From NCBI GenBank assembly GCA_964035545.1, contig OZ037769.1, forward strand, positions 16,708,633 through 16,772,632: a DNA stretch of 64,000 nucleotides, given 5' to 3'. This DNA is from Bugula neritina (Eukaryota; Animalia; Bryozoa). Below the pieces are notes generated by a model. It was given only the letters and a program-made list of their open reading frames with translations, was not told where the DNA came from and made no database searches. How positions within the stretch are numbered: position 1 is the first letter of the stretch; each line of letters starts with the position of its first letter. The translations under genes and the position numbers were made by a program. This document shows, piece after piece, positions 1 through 12,304 of the stretch.

Positions 1-798
1 TGGTCCTACTACCAGCGAGCTCCAGTAGTAGTCTGAAGCTACACTGGAAACTCGCCTGCTTTTATACACAAGAATTCACATCTAGAATGTTCCAACAGAC
101 AAAAGAAAGTTAAGCTTGACAGTAACAAAAGAAAAATAGACAAAGGAGAATGAATAATTCAATAGGCCAAGAATTTAGCTATAATAACAACCTATTGAAG
201 GCATTCATAAAAGCTACACAAATTTCCAGTATCAGTATTAATGCAAAACGATGAAATAGCAAAAAGGGAAAATAACTCTGGAAATGCGTATTTAATGAAA
301 ATTACATTATACTGAAAGCTTAATCACAATAATAAGGCATTAGAAAGCTAGCCCAACTTAGCTATAATTACAGCATTCAAAACGATACGCAACAGTAGTT
401 ATAATACTGACTCACGCAGTTAAAAACTAATAGAGGGTGAAAATCCATTACAATATTCACTCAAGGCTAATTTCTAGAAACTCAATCTGCTGTTGAAACT
501 TAATCATATTTTAACTTTGCTTCACTCTTTTTATTTTGAAGTTTAGCTTACACCAGCTTGTTTAACCTAATAATAGTTATAATCAAATGGGATCCAAGTT
601 ACATTTACTCTTAACCTAATAACTAAAATAATACAATAATAAAACACACATATATACAAAGTTTGTCCATCAAGGGTATTTGGTCTTTGTAGCTTTATTT
701 TTAATGTAGCTTTTTATTTTTATTTCCTTTAAGTGAACAAACCTATTTGATGCAATTATTTGGGTGGCTGGAAATGCAGAGTTTCGTATATTTACCAG

Positions 799-3700
799 GT
801 AAAGGTTGGTAACAAGAGAGTCAATGTTGGGTATGTCTTCTATAAGACTAACCTCTGGCTGGATAACCCTGCCTTGAGGATCTCCATGATTGTGCTGATG
901 GGCTTAGTGGGTGTGGCTCTCATAGCAGTACTAATCTACTGTTTGGTTAAGAAGTTCTACTTAAAAGAGAGGTTGGAGAAAACCTTGGAAGTTGACGCTG
1001 AAAACAATGGAGGCCATGCTAGATTCGCTAAACAGGGTGAGTAGAGGACTTCCGTGTGGAAGTGTAGCTCACAGTATTGAAGAGTAATCCTTACAGAGTA
1101 AATTGGTAAATTACTAACCAATTAAATGTTAAGTAAACTGTATTAAACAGAAACTTTGCTTTAATTGACCAATGGATGGGTTATTTTGATTTTTCCAGAC
1201 AATTCAAAGGAAATGGAGACTCTTGTTCCTCTCTTCAACAACCGAGAACTTGACGCTGAGATTCAAGCCAAAGTAAATCGCTGTAAAATACTATCTTCAA
1301 GGCTACATATAGGAAATCAGCTAGGGAAAGGTCATTTTGGACTTGTCTATAAAAGTCAATTAACTACACCAGCTGGAAATCTAAGAACTGTAGCTGTAAA
1401 AAGTATTAAAGGTTAGTATTTAAGTATTGAGTGATACACACTATTTATTATCGAATTTTTTGTATTATTAACTACTAGTTTTCAGTGAACTTTTAAATAG
1501 TATAAATAATATTATTCTCCAGTAATAATAATATTAAATAATTAGTTAATATAAGTTTCAATATTACATTTTGTAAATAATATTGTATAATTCTGTATTC
1601 ATATACTGCCCTGTAACGATTTAAACCCAGATATAGTGAATGTTAGTGAAGGGTGCATGTCTCTCATCCCATCGGTTTCTGTTCACCAGAGGATAAGGAA
1701 ATGACGTTTGCAGATTTGGAGAATTTCCTCTCGGAAGGCGTGTTGATGATTGACTTTAAACACGAGAATGTCCTTTCATTGGTCGGTGTAGTGTACGAGC
1801 CAGGTGAACGACCTTTGGTTGTCCTTCCTTACATGGAGAACGGTGACCTTTGCTCTTTTGTGAAGAAAGATGATTTGGTAAGGAAACCGTGTTCTGACTT
1901 TTGTGGAGGTCATCTGATGTCTAGTATATTGATAACAGCAGAAATCTGTAGATTTACTTACTTTTCTCAGCCTAAAAACTAGATTTACCGATGCGAAAAA
2001 GCAGAACTGTTTCATGTAAAAGTGTTTATGAACATGGATATATACGTAAATAAGAATTATTGGCAACACACTTGTTTAATTATTTTCCAAGTGAGTAAAT
2101 AGCTAGCTGTCCGATGACGCCGAAGGATTGGTAGATACCAGAAAATATTTTGGAAATATCTGGTAGTAATATGTCTACTTTAAACTAAGGGCTGCATGAT
2201 TGCTCATTATTTTAAATGCCACTTTAAGTTAGCACTGTTTTTACTTGAGGCTGGAATCGTCTTACAACACATCATATAGATCACATATACAAAGTTTGAA
2301 GGTATTTTACTATAATATGTTGAATATAATAACAAAACTTAGTTTATTGTATATATTATTGTACATGAATAATTTTGCTTTAGGAAATAGTCATGGCTGA
2401 TTTGCTTCACTTTGCCTATCAGATAGCTAATGGAATGGCTTATCTAGCCAAGGAGAGATTTGTTCATCGAGATTTGGCAGCCAGAAACTGCATGTGAGTT
2501 GTTTCCCCTGCTCTTTTTATTTACTGCTTTTCTTAATAAATGATTTGTTATAATTGTATACTGATATTAACTCCTTTGAGACTATCAGTTCCTTTACACT
2601 TAAGCGATAAGCTACCCTTCTATTTGTACAAACTAATCTTTCTTTTCAATAGATCTTTTCACCACCTCTCCTTGATTAAGACAATGCTGACTTGTTCTAA
2701 CTGAAAAAATTACTCTTTTCTTTTTAACAGGTCATAATAAGTTGTTTTATGAGTTCAATTGTTTTTCTTTTACTTAAACATAATTAAATTACAAAAACAT
2801 GTTATAAAATCTAACTAAGTCAAGTGAAATTTTATTCCACATTTAAACTATTTTCAAAGCCTATTTTATATAGTAATGTCCATTCTCTGTTGATTGGTTG
2901 TGTAGGGTTGACGGATCTTACTTTGTGAAGATAGCAGACTTCGGTATGTCTCGTGATGTCTACTCACAAGATTACTACAGAATGGGAGACATGAACAAAC
3001 CTCTGCCAATGAAATGGATGGCTGTGGAGTCACTGAAGGAAGGGAAATACACATCAAAGTCTGACGTGGTACATGTTTAATTTCTCTTTTGTCTAAGAGT
3101 AGTTTTAGCAGTGTAGCAAAGTTAGCTAACTTTTGCCACGTGCACAAGCTCTTGCCATTGTTTAGACAAATTTACACTGGTTGGTTTATGAATCTTTCAA
3201 TGTACAAAGTATTTTTATTTAGTGGTCTTTTGGAGTAACTGTATGGGAGTTACTCACTCGTGGTAGCACACCATACCCAGGAGTAAGCAACTACCATATT
3301 AAAGAATATGTCTCTGCTGGTAGACGATTGGACAAGCCTGAAATCTGTCCTCCAATCATGTAAGCTTACAGAGATTAGCTGCATGCATTATTCATGCTAA
3401 TACTTGAAATGCGGTTTTATTTTTGCTCATAACTGACTCGATATCAAATTAATGTTTTAATGCCGCTTATCATTTGACTGTGTCTTAGTGAATGACTGTG
3501 TCTTACTGATTGACTGTAACATAGTGACTGTGACTCAGTGAGCGACTGACTCAGTGATTGACTGACTCAGTGAGGGACTGACTCAATATACGACTAGCCA
3601 TTTCCTGTTGCCTCTGAGTGTAATCACATGACATCATCTACTCTAGATATGAAATGATGTGCCGATGTTGGGAGACAGATCCTGAAGATAGACCTGCTTT

Positions 3701-3914
3701 CTCTGAGATTTCCGAGTTTGTTGGTCAACTACTGAATGGTACGACAACTCCCAGTGCTGGCTCAGACAATGATGCTGGTTACTCATACGCACGCTCAACT
3801 ACAAAGGCCATCCCAGATGATTATCTGGAGTCCAATGAATATGCAGACAACTTGGAGCGTGATGACTATTACATAACACCCCTCCCCTCCCACACCACGC
3901 TCTCAGGACACTGA
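799..3914 (+). CDS. MET/RON (hepatocyte growth factor receptor)-like receptor tyrosine kinase, 3' part (5' exons lie upstream of the window)
   Basis: Phase-consistent GT-AG exons 799-1036, 1199-1411, 1690-1877, 2384-2493, 2906-3068, 3223-3359, 3647-3914. They encode an IPT-like end ([15 protein letters not shown]), a TM helix ([23 protein letters not shown]), [76 protein letters not shown] and [10 protein letters not shown], followed by a Tyr-rich tail. GHFG, LPYM..GDL and LP.KWMA are characteristic of MET/RON. Confidence 0.9.
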
Positions 3915-4189
3915 AAGAGTGTATGTCAACACAGAAAACAAGTCAATATAAAATGACATACTCAATGATTCTCACAATTGGAAGAATATTTCTGGGATTC
4001 TGCTTTCTCTCACCATGTTCTATTCATAATAACTGTTATCTTACACTCATGTTGTACTTATAACTTTGCAAGTTGAGAATGATATTCAGTTAGCATACAA
4101 TCAAAGTGATATACGCCTTAGATATTGTCATATAAAACTCACCCACACTATGTTATTATCGTGGATATGAATGTGATAACTCCTGATGG

Positions 4190-4350
4190 TTTTTTTTATA
4201 ATGGACTAAGAGCTTTGTCCCAAAGAGGAACTGGCACAGAAGCAATTATGACTGGATATACTCTTCCTACCATCACTACTGGTGTTTGGGACTCAAACCA
4301 ATGACCTTGTATTTACTAGGTCAGCATTCTAATCACTGCATGGTATCATA
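4190..4350 (-). mobile_element. Decayed tRNA-derived SINE-like repeat (duplicate at ~12430-12590; family member at ~47335-47486)
   Basis: Shares the core ggcacag(a/g)ag(c/t)aattatgactggat..ctcttcct with 47370-47410, and has degenerate A/B-box-like sequence on the minus strand. Confidence 0.45.
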
Positions 4351-5985
4351 GCAGCCTTTCACATATTTTCTACACATTATATTTGTAGATATTTACTCAG
4401 GCAAACAGTCTTAAACCCAGCAATAATAAATAAACCTCAAATTATTGATATTATAACTAATCACCTAATGGTATATTTCAATGGTTTATTTTTATGTCAA
4501 TTTAGAAAAGTTATAGATTTGTGTGAGTTTTTTAATGTTCTATACATTCTCTTATATGATAAATTAAATTTTATGCTAGCTTGAAATATTTATAGTTTTT
4601 AATGGGATAGAGAGGACAGCTGCCTGATTGATATTCTCACCTTGATCTAACTGGTTTGTAACGATGCCATGTATTAGCATTGTTCATTTTATATAATAAA
4701 GATACATTTCTTATAAATTGTCACATCTACAATGTATACGATATATGACATATTTGTTATTCAATGTTTATAATATTTGGTCTTCAGTTATTCTTAATCT
4801 GCAGGGGCTGAGGACTTTCAATGTAAATTAAAAGAACAGTGGTGGATACAGGCAGCCAGAACCCTTTCTGTACAGGGACATAATATAAATAAATTATACC
4901 ATATTATGATTACTATCTAATAGCAGCCCAGCTTTATACTGTCTTCATTATTTATAAAATGGTTTTCAAACTTTCCTACACTCAAGTCTGCTGTGTTAAG
5001 TGAGGCCAAACTGCTGTCAGTTAGACAAGGTAGATTTATAGCAGCTACCTTTTCATCAACCATTGGAATATTGTTTAGATATTTAAACATAGTGCTTAAA
5101 ATAATATTGAGACCACTATCCCTCGTGTGCAGTATACCTAAATAGTAATATAACAGAATACAATAATATTATATTGCAAAGTAATTTAATATAGTACCAT
5201 AATATAATAAAGTGTAATATGATAAAATGTAAAAGTTTTTCGTAAGCAAATAGACCTAATTGATTAAGTCTGGTTACTAGCAGAGTTAACTGTACTAAAT
5301 TATATCAAGCAAGTGTGCTTGGTGCAGCTGAAACATGCTGTTGGTTTTCTTGCTTAGGTTTCCAGATATCTATCTCTTTGAAGAGGACAACTCCTAGTTA
5401 TTTACTTTCTGCACTAATAAACTCTGAATAGAAATGGTAAAATTATTGAGCTGTGCAGGAGGTTTAACAAGCATGGCTAGTAATTAATTATACTTAAAAT
5501 AGATTGTGTAAAGACTATGTGATTTATCAGATCTGTCATATAGCATGAAATAAGATCATTAAAGGAAAAACATTTTATTAAAGAAGCCAATAGTATAAAG
5601 ACAAAAGATGGGTGACACTATATGATATATTATGGTAAATATATTATACTGATAGCAATAAATATAAGATGCATTACAATCCACGCTGTACGTGGTTTTA
5701 AATAAAAAATAGCACAGTTAAAGCTTTGATTGCTTAAAAATATAGAATAATATAATAATAATAACAGCTATCATTCCAGCTAACAAAAGCTTGTACTAAT
5801 ACATTTACTAAACTATTATATTTATAGTTAAAATAGGCTGAGATTCATTAGAATCACTAATAGTCTGAGAAATCTTTAATCATGATGTCAGTTCAGTTAC
5901 TATTTTAACGTTGGTGAATCAGCAAAATTGAAAGCTGTGGTAACACAATGTAGTCATATATGTTTACTGCGGTTGCAGCTATTGG

Positions 5986-8609
5986 TTAATTTTGAGTATG
6001 GTAACCAAGAGGGTTTGATATGGCTGTCATAGGGGTGGCGTCAGAGGGCCCCACAACTGTTACACTAGATTTGGACCACTGGTAGTGTCTGTAGGCTTTC
6101 ACACCAAACAGAAACAGGAAAACTACAAGCATGCAGCTGACTCCGATACCTATGGCAGCGTTCACTCCTACAGGGATGTCAACAGCCGCTGCTGAAGATA
6201 TCATGGTGAGCAGCATGAAAATCTAAAAATAGAAATGTTTAGGAATATAGCCTAAGAACTTAGAGAACTTGGAGATATAAGGCTTTACTTTGTAGCAAAT
6301 AACAGATAAAGGAGCTTTGATACTCTAGGTGTTTTAGGATAGTTTGACTTTAATTAAACTACTGCCTTTATGGTAATATTAGCAAAGAGACTACATTTTC
6401 AACACATGTAACTGTAATTATTATGCATAAGAAGAGGAAACTGTGCTCTGTACAGCCAGTAATTTGTCAAGTTAGTGAATATGGTGGACATTAACTGAAG
6501 CAAGAATGTGGAAGCTCGAGATATTGGTTTGAGTAACATTACTTCCTATGGGAAGCTTACTCTAGCTCTGGAAGTGCTTGCTACCCTTGATTGAGGTATG
6601 ATATACTACTGATCTGTTGTTATATAATAGTTGTTATATAACAGTTGTTGTATAATATACTGTTATACTGTTATAGTGTATTGTTCATAATCCCTCACTC
6701 TGTAAACTTTAAGAAGTTATTTATCACACGTGTGGTTATCATTGAAGTTAATATACTGCATTAATGTTGCACATCTAACCTACATTTACTGTAGAATCTA
6801 CACATAATATGACCTACATACACTGTAATGTGTAGACAGGGGAGATAATTCTGGCTATTCATAGCTTTATTTGTTTCTACTGTTGGCTTTTGTAGCTTTA
6901 TTTTCAGCTTGTTGGCTATAATACATAAAATAGCTACCACTTCATAGCTGTAGACAAGGAATAGCTAAAACTAGCTTCACATTTGTTAGCTTTACCAAGA
7001 ATAAATTTCTGTAAGAATTAAAATTTGTGAGTATTTATTACATTGATAAGATTTCTCCTTAATTACTCGTAATATGATTTGTATATACAGTTAGCCAAAC
7101 ATTATTTATGTGCTTTTAAGAGTATTTTCTGTGTATAAATATTTAAATGAGTTTCAGTTTAGTGTACTAAACACAGTCAATAAATGAACGTATTACCTGT
7201 AGTCTGCATATATATATATAGTTGTTAGAGAAAGTGCTGTGTATTTCTAGCACAATGCTTATACATAATATTGTACTAGTATCTGTGCATACTGTAGCCC
7301 ACTAGTCATACTGTATATTGTATCAATAAGTAGACCTAATAGATTATATATTTCAGTTGATATAAAACGTGCCGAATGACAGATCATGAATTATTTTATT
7401 TTTATAAGCTTAATTGAACTATTCAAGCTTTCATTCTGTATATTTGGAAATTTGTGGTTAGGTTTGGTTTTGGTTAGCTACTAGCTGGGAGCTAATCAGA
7501 ATATGTCAGTATATATGGGTGGAATATGACTATGTAATACGTATGTGTATGTGGCTGTGTGTGTACAGGCAGCTGACATTATCATATAATTTGAATATTA
7601 AGCAGGGGAAAATAAACACTTTATTGGTCTTAGTTAAACAGGAGCTTAACTAGAGTTATACCTGAGCATATTGAACATAATATACTGTATGTCTTGACAC
7701 ATTACTTATATATTATACATGCTGCATGTTGCGTATAAAACATAATATATTCAGGCATATATAAGTAGCTATAGTAAGTTATGTAGTACATAAGTAAGCA
7801 TTATAGTAAGTCATAAGTAAGTATTATAGCATTGCATGTAATGATTAAGTGCATTAAGTCATTATAGTAAGTCTAGTAAATCATGCATAAGTAGGTATAA
7901 TTTAAGTCATGAGTAAGTACATTAAGTCATGAGTAAGTACATTAAGTCATGAGTAGTATATAGTAAGGATTTGGTAAGGTATAGGTAAGAATTACATTGA
8001 GTCTTATTTTCTAGAAATAATGAAATAGTGTTGGAATAAAACATTTCATACATGTACCTGAACATATTATATCACATGTTTCAGAATTTATTACTGAAAT
8101 TGCATAATGAGTCAAGTTCATATAATATATCTTTCTTGCAATGACAGAGTATGTATATAACATATAGTTGCCCTAATTATTAATATTCAAATGTTGATCT
8201 ACTGGGAAGAACAGGTAAATAATATAAATACTAGAAAGAACTCTCTGCATATGTTGCTGAAAAATGTGAGCTTTTATTTAGAGCTAGAGTGACTCCTTTT
8301 AGACTGAGTTCCTCAACTTCTATAGCTTCAGGTCTCAGTTACAGAAATGTAGTGCTATGTAGTATCTTTGTTAAAAGTCTCTCCTCACCTCTCCCCCCCC
8401 CACCCCCTCCTCCCCCCCCCTCCACAAGTTTATTGACTTGTTCACTTTTGCAGTCATCCATTCCCATACCATGCATCATTTAGTTCTACTGTTACATTCA
8501 TGTTGCCTTCAACTATTCTCCTTCGATTGTAGCTATACTTAGCCTAAGGCTATAAAGACAATAACTCAGAGAGTATATAACTAAACATACGTACCTTTCG
8601 AGTCTGCAT
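5986..8609 (-). CDS. Small single-pass membrane protein (~83 aa, signal peptide + TM), copy A
   Basis: Micro-exon 8609-8595 (ATG CAG ACT CGA AAG|gtacgt) joins in phase 0 to exon 6222-5986 (ttttag|ATT TTC ATG). Product: MQTRKIFMLLTMISSAAAVDIPVGVNAAIGIGVSCMLVVFLFLFGVKAYRHYQW...NPLGYHTQN. Versus copy B there are 7 synonymous and 2 conservative (I/M) differences. Confidence 0.75.
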
Positions 8610-8682
8610 AACTCCGTCTTCTCTAAATACTGGTGAATGCTGCAAGAGTGAATACTACTAGATGTAGCTATACTTGTTGGTG

Positions 8683-8940
8683 CTGATTAACTGACGAAGA
8701 AACTTAAAGAAGAAATGTATTAGTTTAAGTTACTCATGCGTGGAGTCCAGGCCTCGGCACTCTCATCATGACAATGCATTTGAAAGAATTATATTGAGAT
8801 GGATTTTACGTTACGGTTGGCTACGTGCATATAATATTATATACGAAGTTTCAATACAGTTGTATAGTTTTATGTTTAGGATTACCCTCTCTTGACGTGA
8901 CAGTAAAGTTAGGGCATGCAACTCCAACTACAGAATATAT
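8683..8940. repeat. ~250-bp segment upstream of the micro-protein first exon, repeated at ~10864-11140, ~16887-17140 and ~21531-21810
   Basis: Shared text tgctgattaactga...aaagaagaaatgtattagtttaagttactcatgcgtggagtccaggcctcggcactctcatc...gagatggattttacg is present 4 times. Confidence 0.85.
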
Positions 8941-9723
8941 GGGAAATGCACAAAGGCACTTTAGTAATACCTTATGCAATACAACTAACTATTAATACAC
9001 CTATTGGTAATATTATTGTAGTAATACTGTGGCAACACTCTCAAGTGTCTACCAAAGACTGCTTGCCAACCAGTTACAATCAGCTAAAGATCTATAATAA
9101 CTGATAATTATTAATGTAGACATAATACACATACACCAATACTTATAGAGACTCTTGCATACTATATGAATGTCCTTTGTTTTCATTCAACAGATCAACA
9201 TTATAACTACATCTGTAAAGTGTTGCTAATTTCATTCAATCAATTTTAAGTATATGATCAATAAGTTAGTTGATTTTTTGATGCAATGTGTCTTTTAGTC
9301 AGCTATACCAAGCAATAGCCTAATATTTAAAATACATATTTTTGTCTTATAGAATACCATTTCTAATTGTATTTTTCTTACCATTTCTAATTGTATTTTT
9401 CTAAGTTTGCAAATTGATTAACACCTCTTGCATCTAAATTAGCCAATCAGCAATCAGTGCTAAACTGATGACCCCGTGAAACAAATGCAAAATGCTTTTT
9501 CAAAAGAAAGAAGGAATATACTAAACATGCTTGAATTGAACTGGATAAAAAAATTAATTGTTAAAAACAGGACACTTTAATAAATTTATTAGAGCACACA
9601 AAAATTTGATTGTTAGGCATTTGACTGTTTTGAAGAAAAGTTAAAAGTTATTATAATAGCAGAATTTAATGTCAATTTTATTAGGTAACATTGGAAATTG
9701 TCAAAAACTGCTAGAATTAATGT

Positions 9724-10197
9724 TTATGAAACGATGCAACTAGGTTTTGAATTATGCATTTCCTTAAGCACTGAAAGCATTTTCATTTTGGTTTTTAAAA
9801 TTGCATTTTCCATCATGATTCTTTGTTTTTCTTCTTTTTCTTCTTTCATTTTTTCTTTTAGCCCATCGAGTTGTTGTTGGTAAAGTATCTTGTTTTCACC
9901 TTTAGCATTCTTGAGTTCTTCAACTAAAAGCTCCATCTCTTTTGTTCTAGATTCCTCTCTTGCCTCTGCCTCCTTTACCTTCTTTGTATTTTCCAATAAT
10001 TCTCTTTCTAATTGTTGCATCTTCAGCCAGTTTTTTTCTGCCTCTTGCTCAAATTTATGTTGTAATTGCTCATTTGTGTTTTTCATTTCTTGAATATCCT
10101 TTTCATGTCTATAGGCTGCCAGTACTTCCTTTTCTCTAGCCGCAAACCATTCTGTAATCATGTCTTCATATTTCCTACAAGTTTTAGAATCCACCAT
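9724..10197 (-). CDS. Coiled-coil exon/ORF ending in CaaX (CIVS); paralogous terminal exon (T3) of the atlastin/GBP-like gene
   Basis: Acceptor ttgtag|GAAATATGAAGAC at 10174 matches those at 22808 and 24826. KYED..EW...EK..L...RH.K..QE is homologous to the GTPase gene's last exon. E/K-rich heptads; ends SKPSCIVS*. Also has its own in-frame ATG at 10197. Confidence 0.7.
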   Translation of the reverse strand: MVDSKTCRKYEDMITEWFAAREKEVLAAYRHEKDIQEMKNTNEQLQHKFEQEAEKNWLKMQQLERELLENTKKVKEAEAREESRTKEMELLVEELKNAKGENKILYQQQLDGLKEKMKEEKEEKQRIMMENAILKTKMKMLSVLKEMHNSKPSCIVS

Positions 10198-10372
10198 GAT
10201 GCTAATATCATTAATACCAACTGGCCATTTTTTATTTCAATGATTTTGATAGTTTTAATTGGTTTAGTAGTTTTTAGCTTTTAGATCTAGTAAAATTAAA
10301 TTTAGCCATTGATGGAAGGTTATGCAAAGTTTAGACTATAATATAGTCAATTAGTACAAACAAGCTATATTA

Positions 10373-10375
<3 letters not shown>

Positions 10376-10437
<62 letters not shown>
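10376..10437. repeat. (TA)n microsatellite (shorter counterpart at ~21108-21128)
   Basis: Direct reading. Confidence 0.95.
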
Positions 10438-10443
<6 letters not shown>

Positions 10444-11880
10444 GATTTGTGCCCACCATGATCACTCATCCTTTAGCAAATTCATTAAAATGTCAGAGTC
10501 AGAATAGAAAATCAAAACCATGCTATAGATATTTATATATAAATCTGAACATACATAACGAGATGCTATAAGAGATGTTTATAAATTTTTTAACTGTATA
10601 AGCAAAGTATCCATGTATTATATCAATAATGTAATGAGCGATCATTACGTGGTTTTAAGTTGTTCATAGTCGATAAATATAAGATGGAGTATTTTTCCCA
10701 AACTAACATTTGAATAAGTACTGTCTTGTATTTATAACATAACATCAATAATATATACTACAATGGTTTAACGATGGTCACTGTGAAATCCGATGGTCAC
10801 TGTGAAATCCGTTCTATACTTAATTCAACTCGCCACTTCGGGTTTTTTAAAAATCTGCAATTCTGCTGATTAACTGAAAAAGAAAGTTAAAGAAGAAATG
10901 TATTAGTTTAAGTTACTCATGCGTGGAGTCCAGGCCTCGGCACTCTCATCGTGACAATGCATTTGAAAGAATTATATTGAGATGGATTTTACGTCACGGA
11001 TGGCTACATGTATACCATATTATATACAAAAACTTTATTCTATTATTAGATGAATAGCATTATTAGTTTTGGTTTGATGTTTGGGACTATACCCTTTCTT
11101 GACACACTGGTGAGGTGAGAGCAGGTAACTTCTATAACTATAACAATATTTACAATTATCAATGACAACATGTGGTTTTTTTAATAAATTCCTGTAAAGA
11201 TATTATATATAGGGATTGATTTTTATTTTCCTATTTATATAGCTCTACCTACATCATTTTCTAAAACCAAATTATTCTTACAATTTTGCCAAAACATTTG
11301 TATTATAGTAAGGAAAGATAATTAATCAAATCAAACTATGATATACAACATAATTAGACCTGCCTGTATAATACATATAACATTACACCACGTCTTCCCG
11401 ATATATACACTGGTGCTTTCTAGTACCAGCTCAACACCTCATTGCAAGCTGCATTTCATACAATCAATTGTTTAAGCACAAAAATTCAATTTTATTAGTT
11501 TGCATTTTTAGGAGTTTAAACAGAAAATAAGAGATTAAAGGCTGTAAAGGCAAATTATGGCACGAAATAACAATTACATTTCCATTTTGAACAAAAAACC
11601 CATTTTCTGACATCTATAAATATAAGTGCAATAGAAATTAATGCTGTGCTGTTTTGTGAAGTGTGACTCACTGAGTGACTAGTGACTAAGATTCTTGAAT
11701 GTGATTAATTGACTGTTACTTTGTGATTGACTGTGAGTACGACTCAGTGTGAGTGAGTGGCTGACTTAGTATTGACTATATGATTTAGTGACTGCTACTT
11801 AGTGATTGATTATGACTCAGTATACGACTAGCCATTTCCTGTTACCACTGAGTACAATCAAATGACATCATCTACTCTAG

Positions 11881-12304
11881 ATATGAAATGATGTGCCGAT
11901 GTTGGGAGACAGATCCTGAAGATAGACCTGCTTTCTCTGAGATTTCTGAGTTTGTTGGTCGACTACTGAATGGTACGACAACTCCCAGTGCTGGCTCAGA
12001 TAATGATGCTGGTTACTCATACGCACGCTCAACTACAAAGGACATCCCTGATGACTTCCTAGAGTCCAATGAATACGCAGACAACTTGGAGCGTGATGAC
12101 TATTACATTACACCCCTTCCCTCTGCCACGGCACTTACAGTGGTGGATGGTACCCCTAAACCCTCCCCTAGGGTCCCCCCTCGCAAGTATAAAATGACAT
12201 ACTCAATGATTCTCACAATTGGAAGAATATTTCTGGGATTCTGCTTTCTCTCACCATGTTCTATTCATAATAACTGTTATCTTATACTCATGTTGTACTT
12301 ATAA
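11881..12304 (+). CDS. Duplicated last exon of the MET-like RTK with a divergent C-terminal tail (alternative terminal exon or gene fragment)
   Basis: Same acceptor (ctctag|atatgaaatg) and frame as 3647-3914. Matches up to YYITPLPS (3 substitutions), then reads ATALTVVDGTPKPSPRVPPRK... No upstream kinase exons are present in this unit. Confidence 0.6.

Noticed and set aside
7197-7209. Second ATGCAGACT..|gtaat look-alike first exon for the micro-protein gene (also at ~15427-15438)
   Set aside because: It is 13 nt (phase 1) and so out of frame with the 6222 acceptor; at most a decayed or non-coding alternative exon.
9698-10284. Plus-strand Phe/Ser-rich ORFs (also 20419-21011, 22666-22860, 24701-24907)
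   Set aside because: Antisense shadows of Glu/Lys-rich coiled-coil exons.
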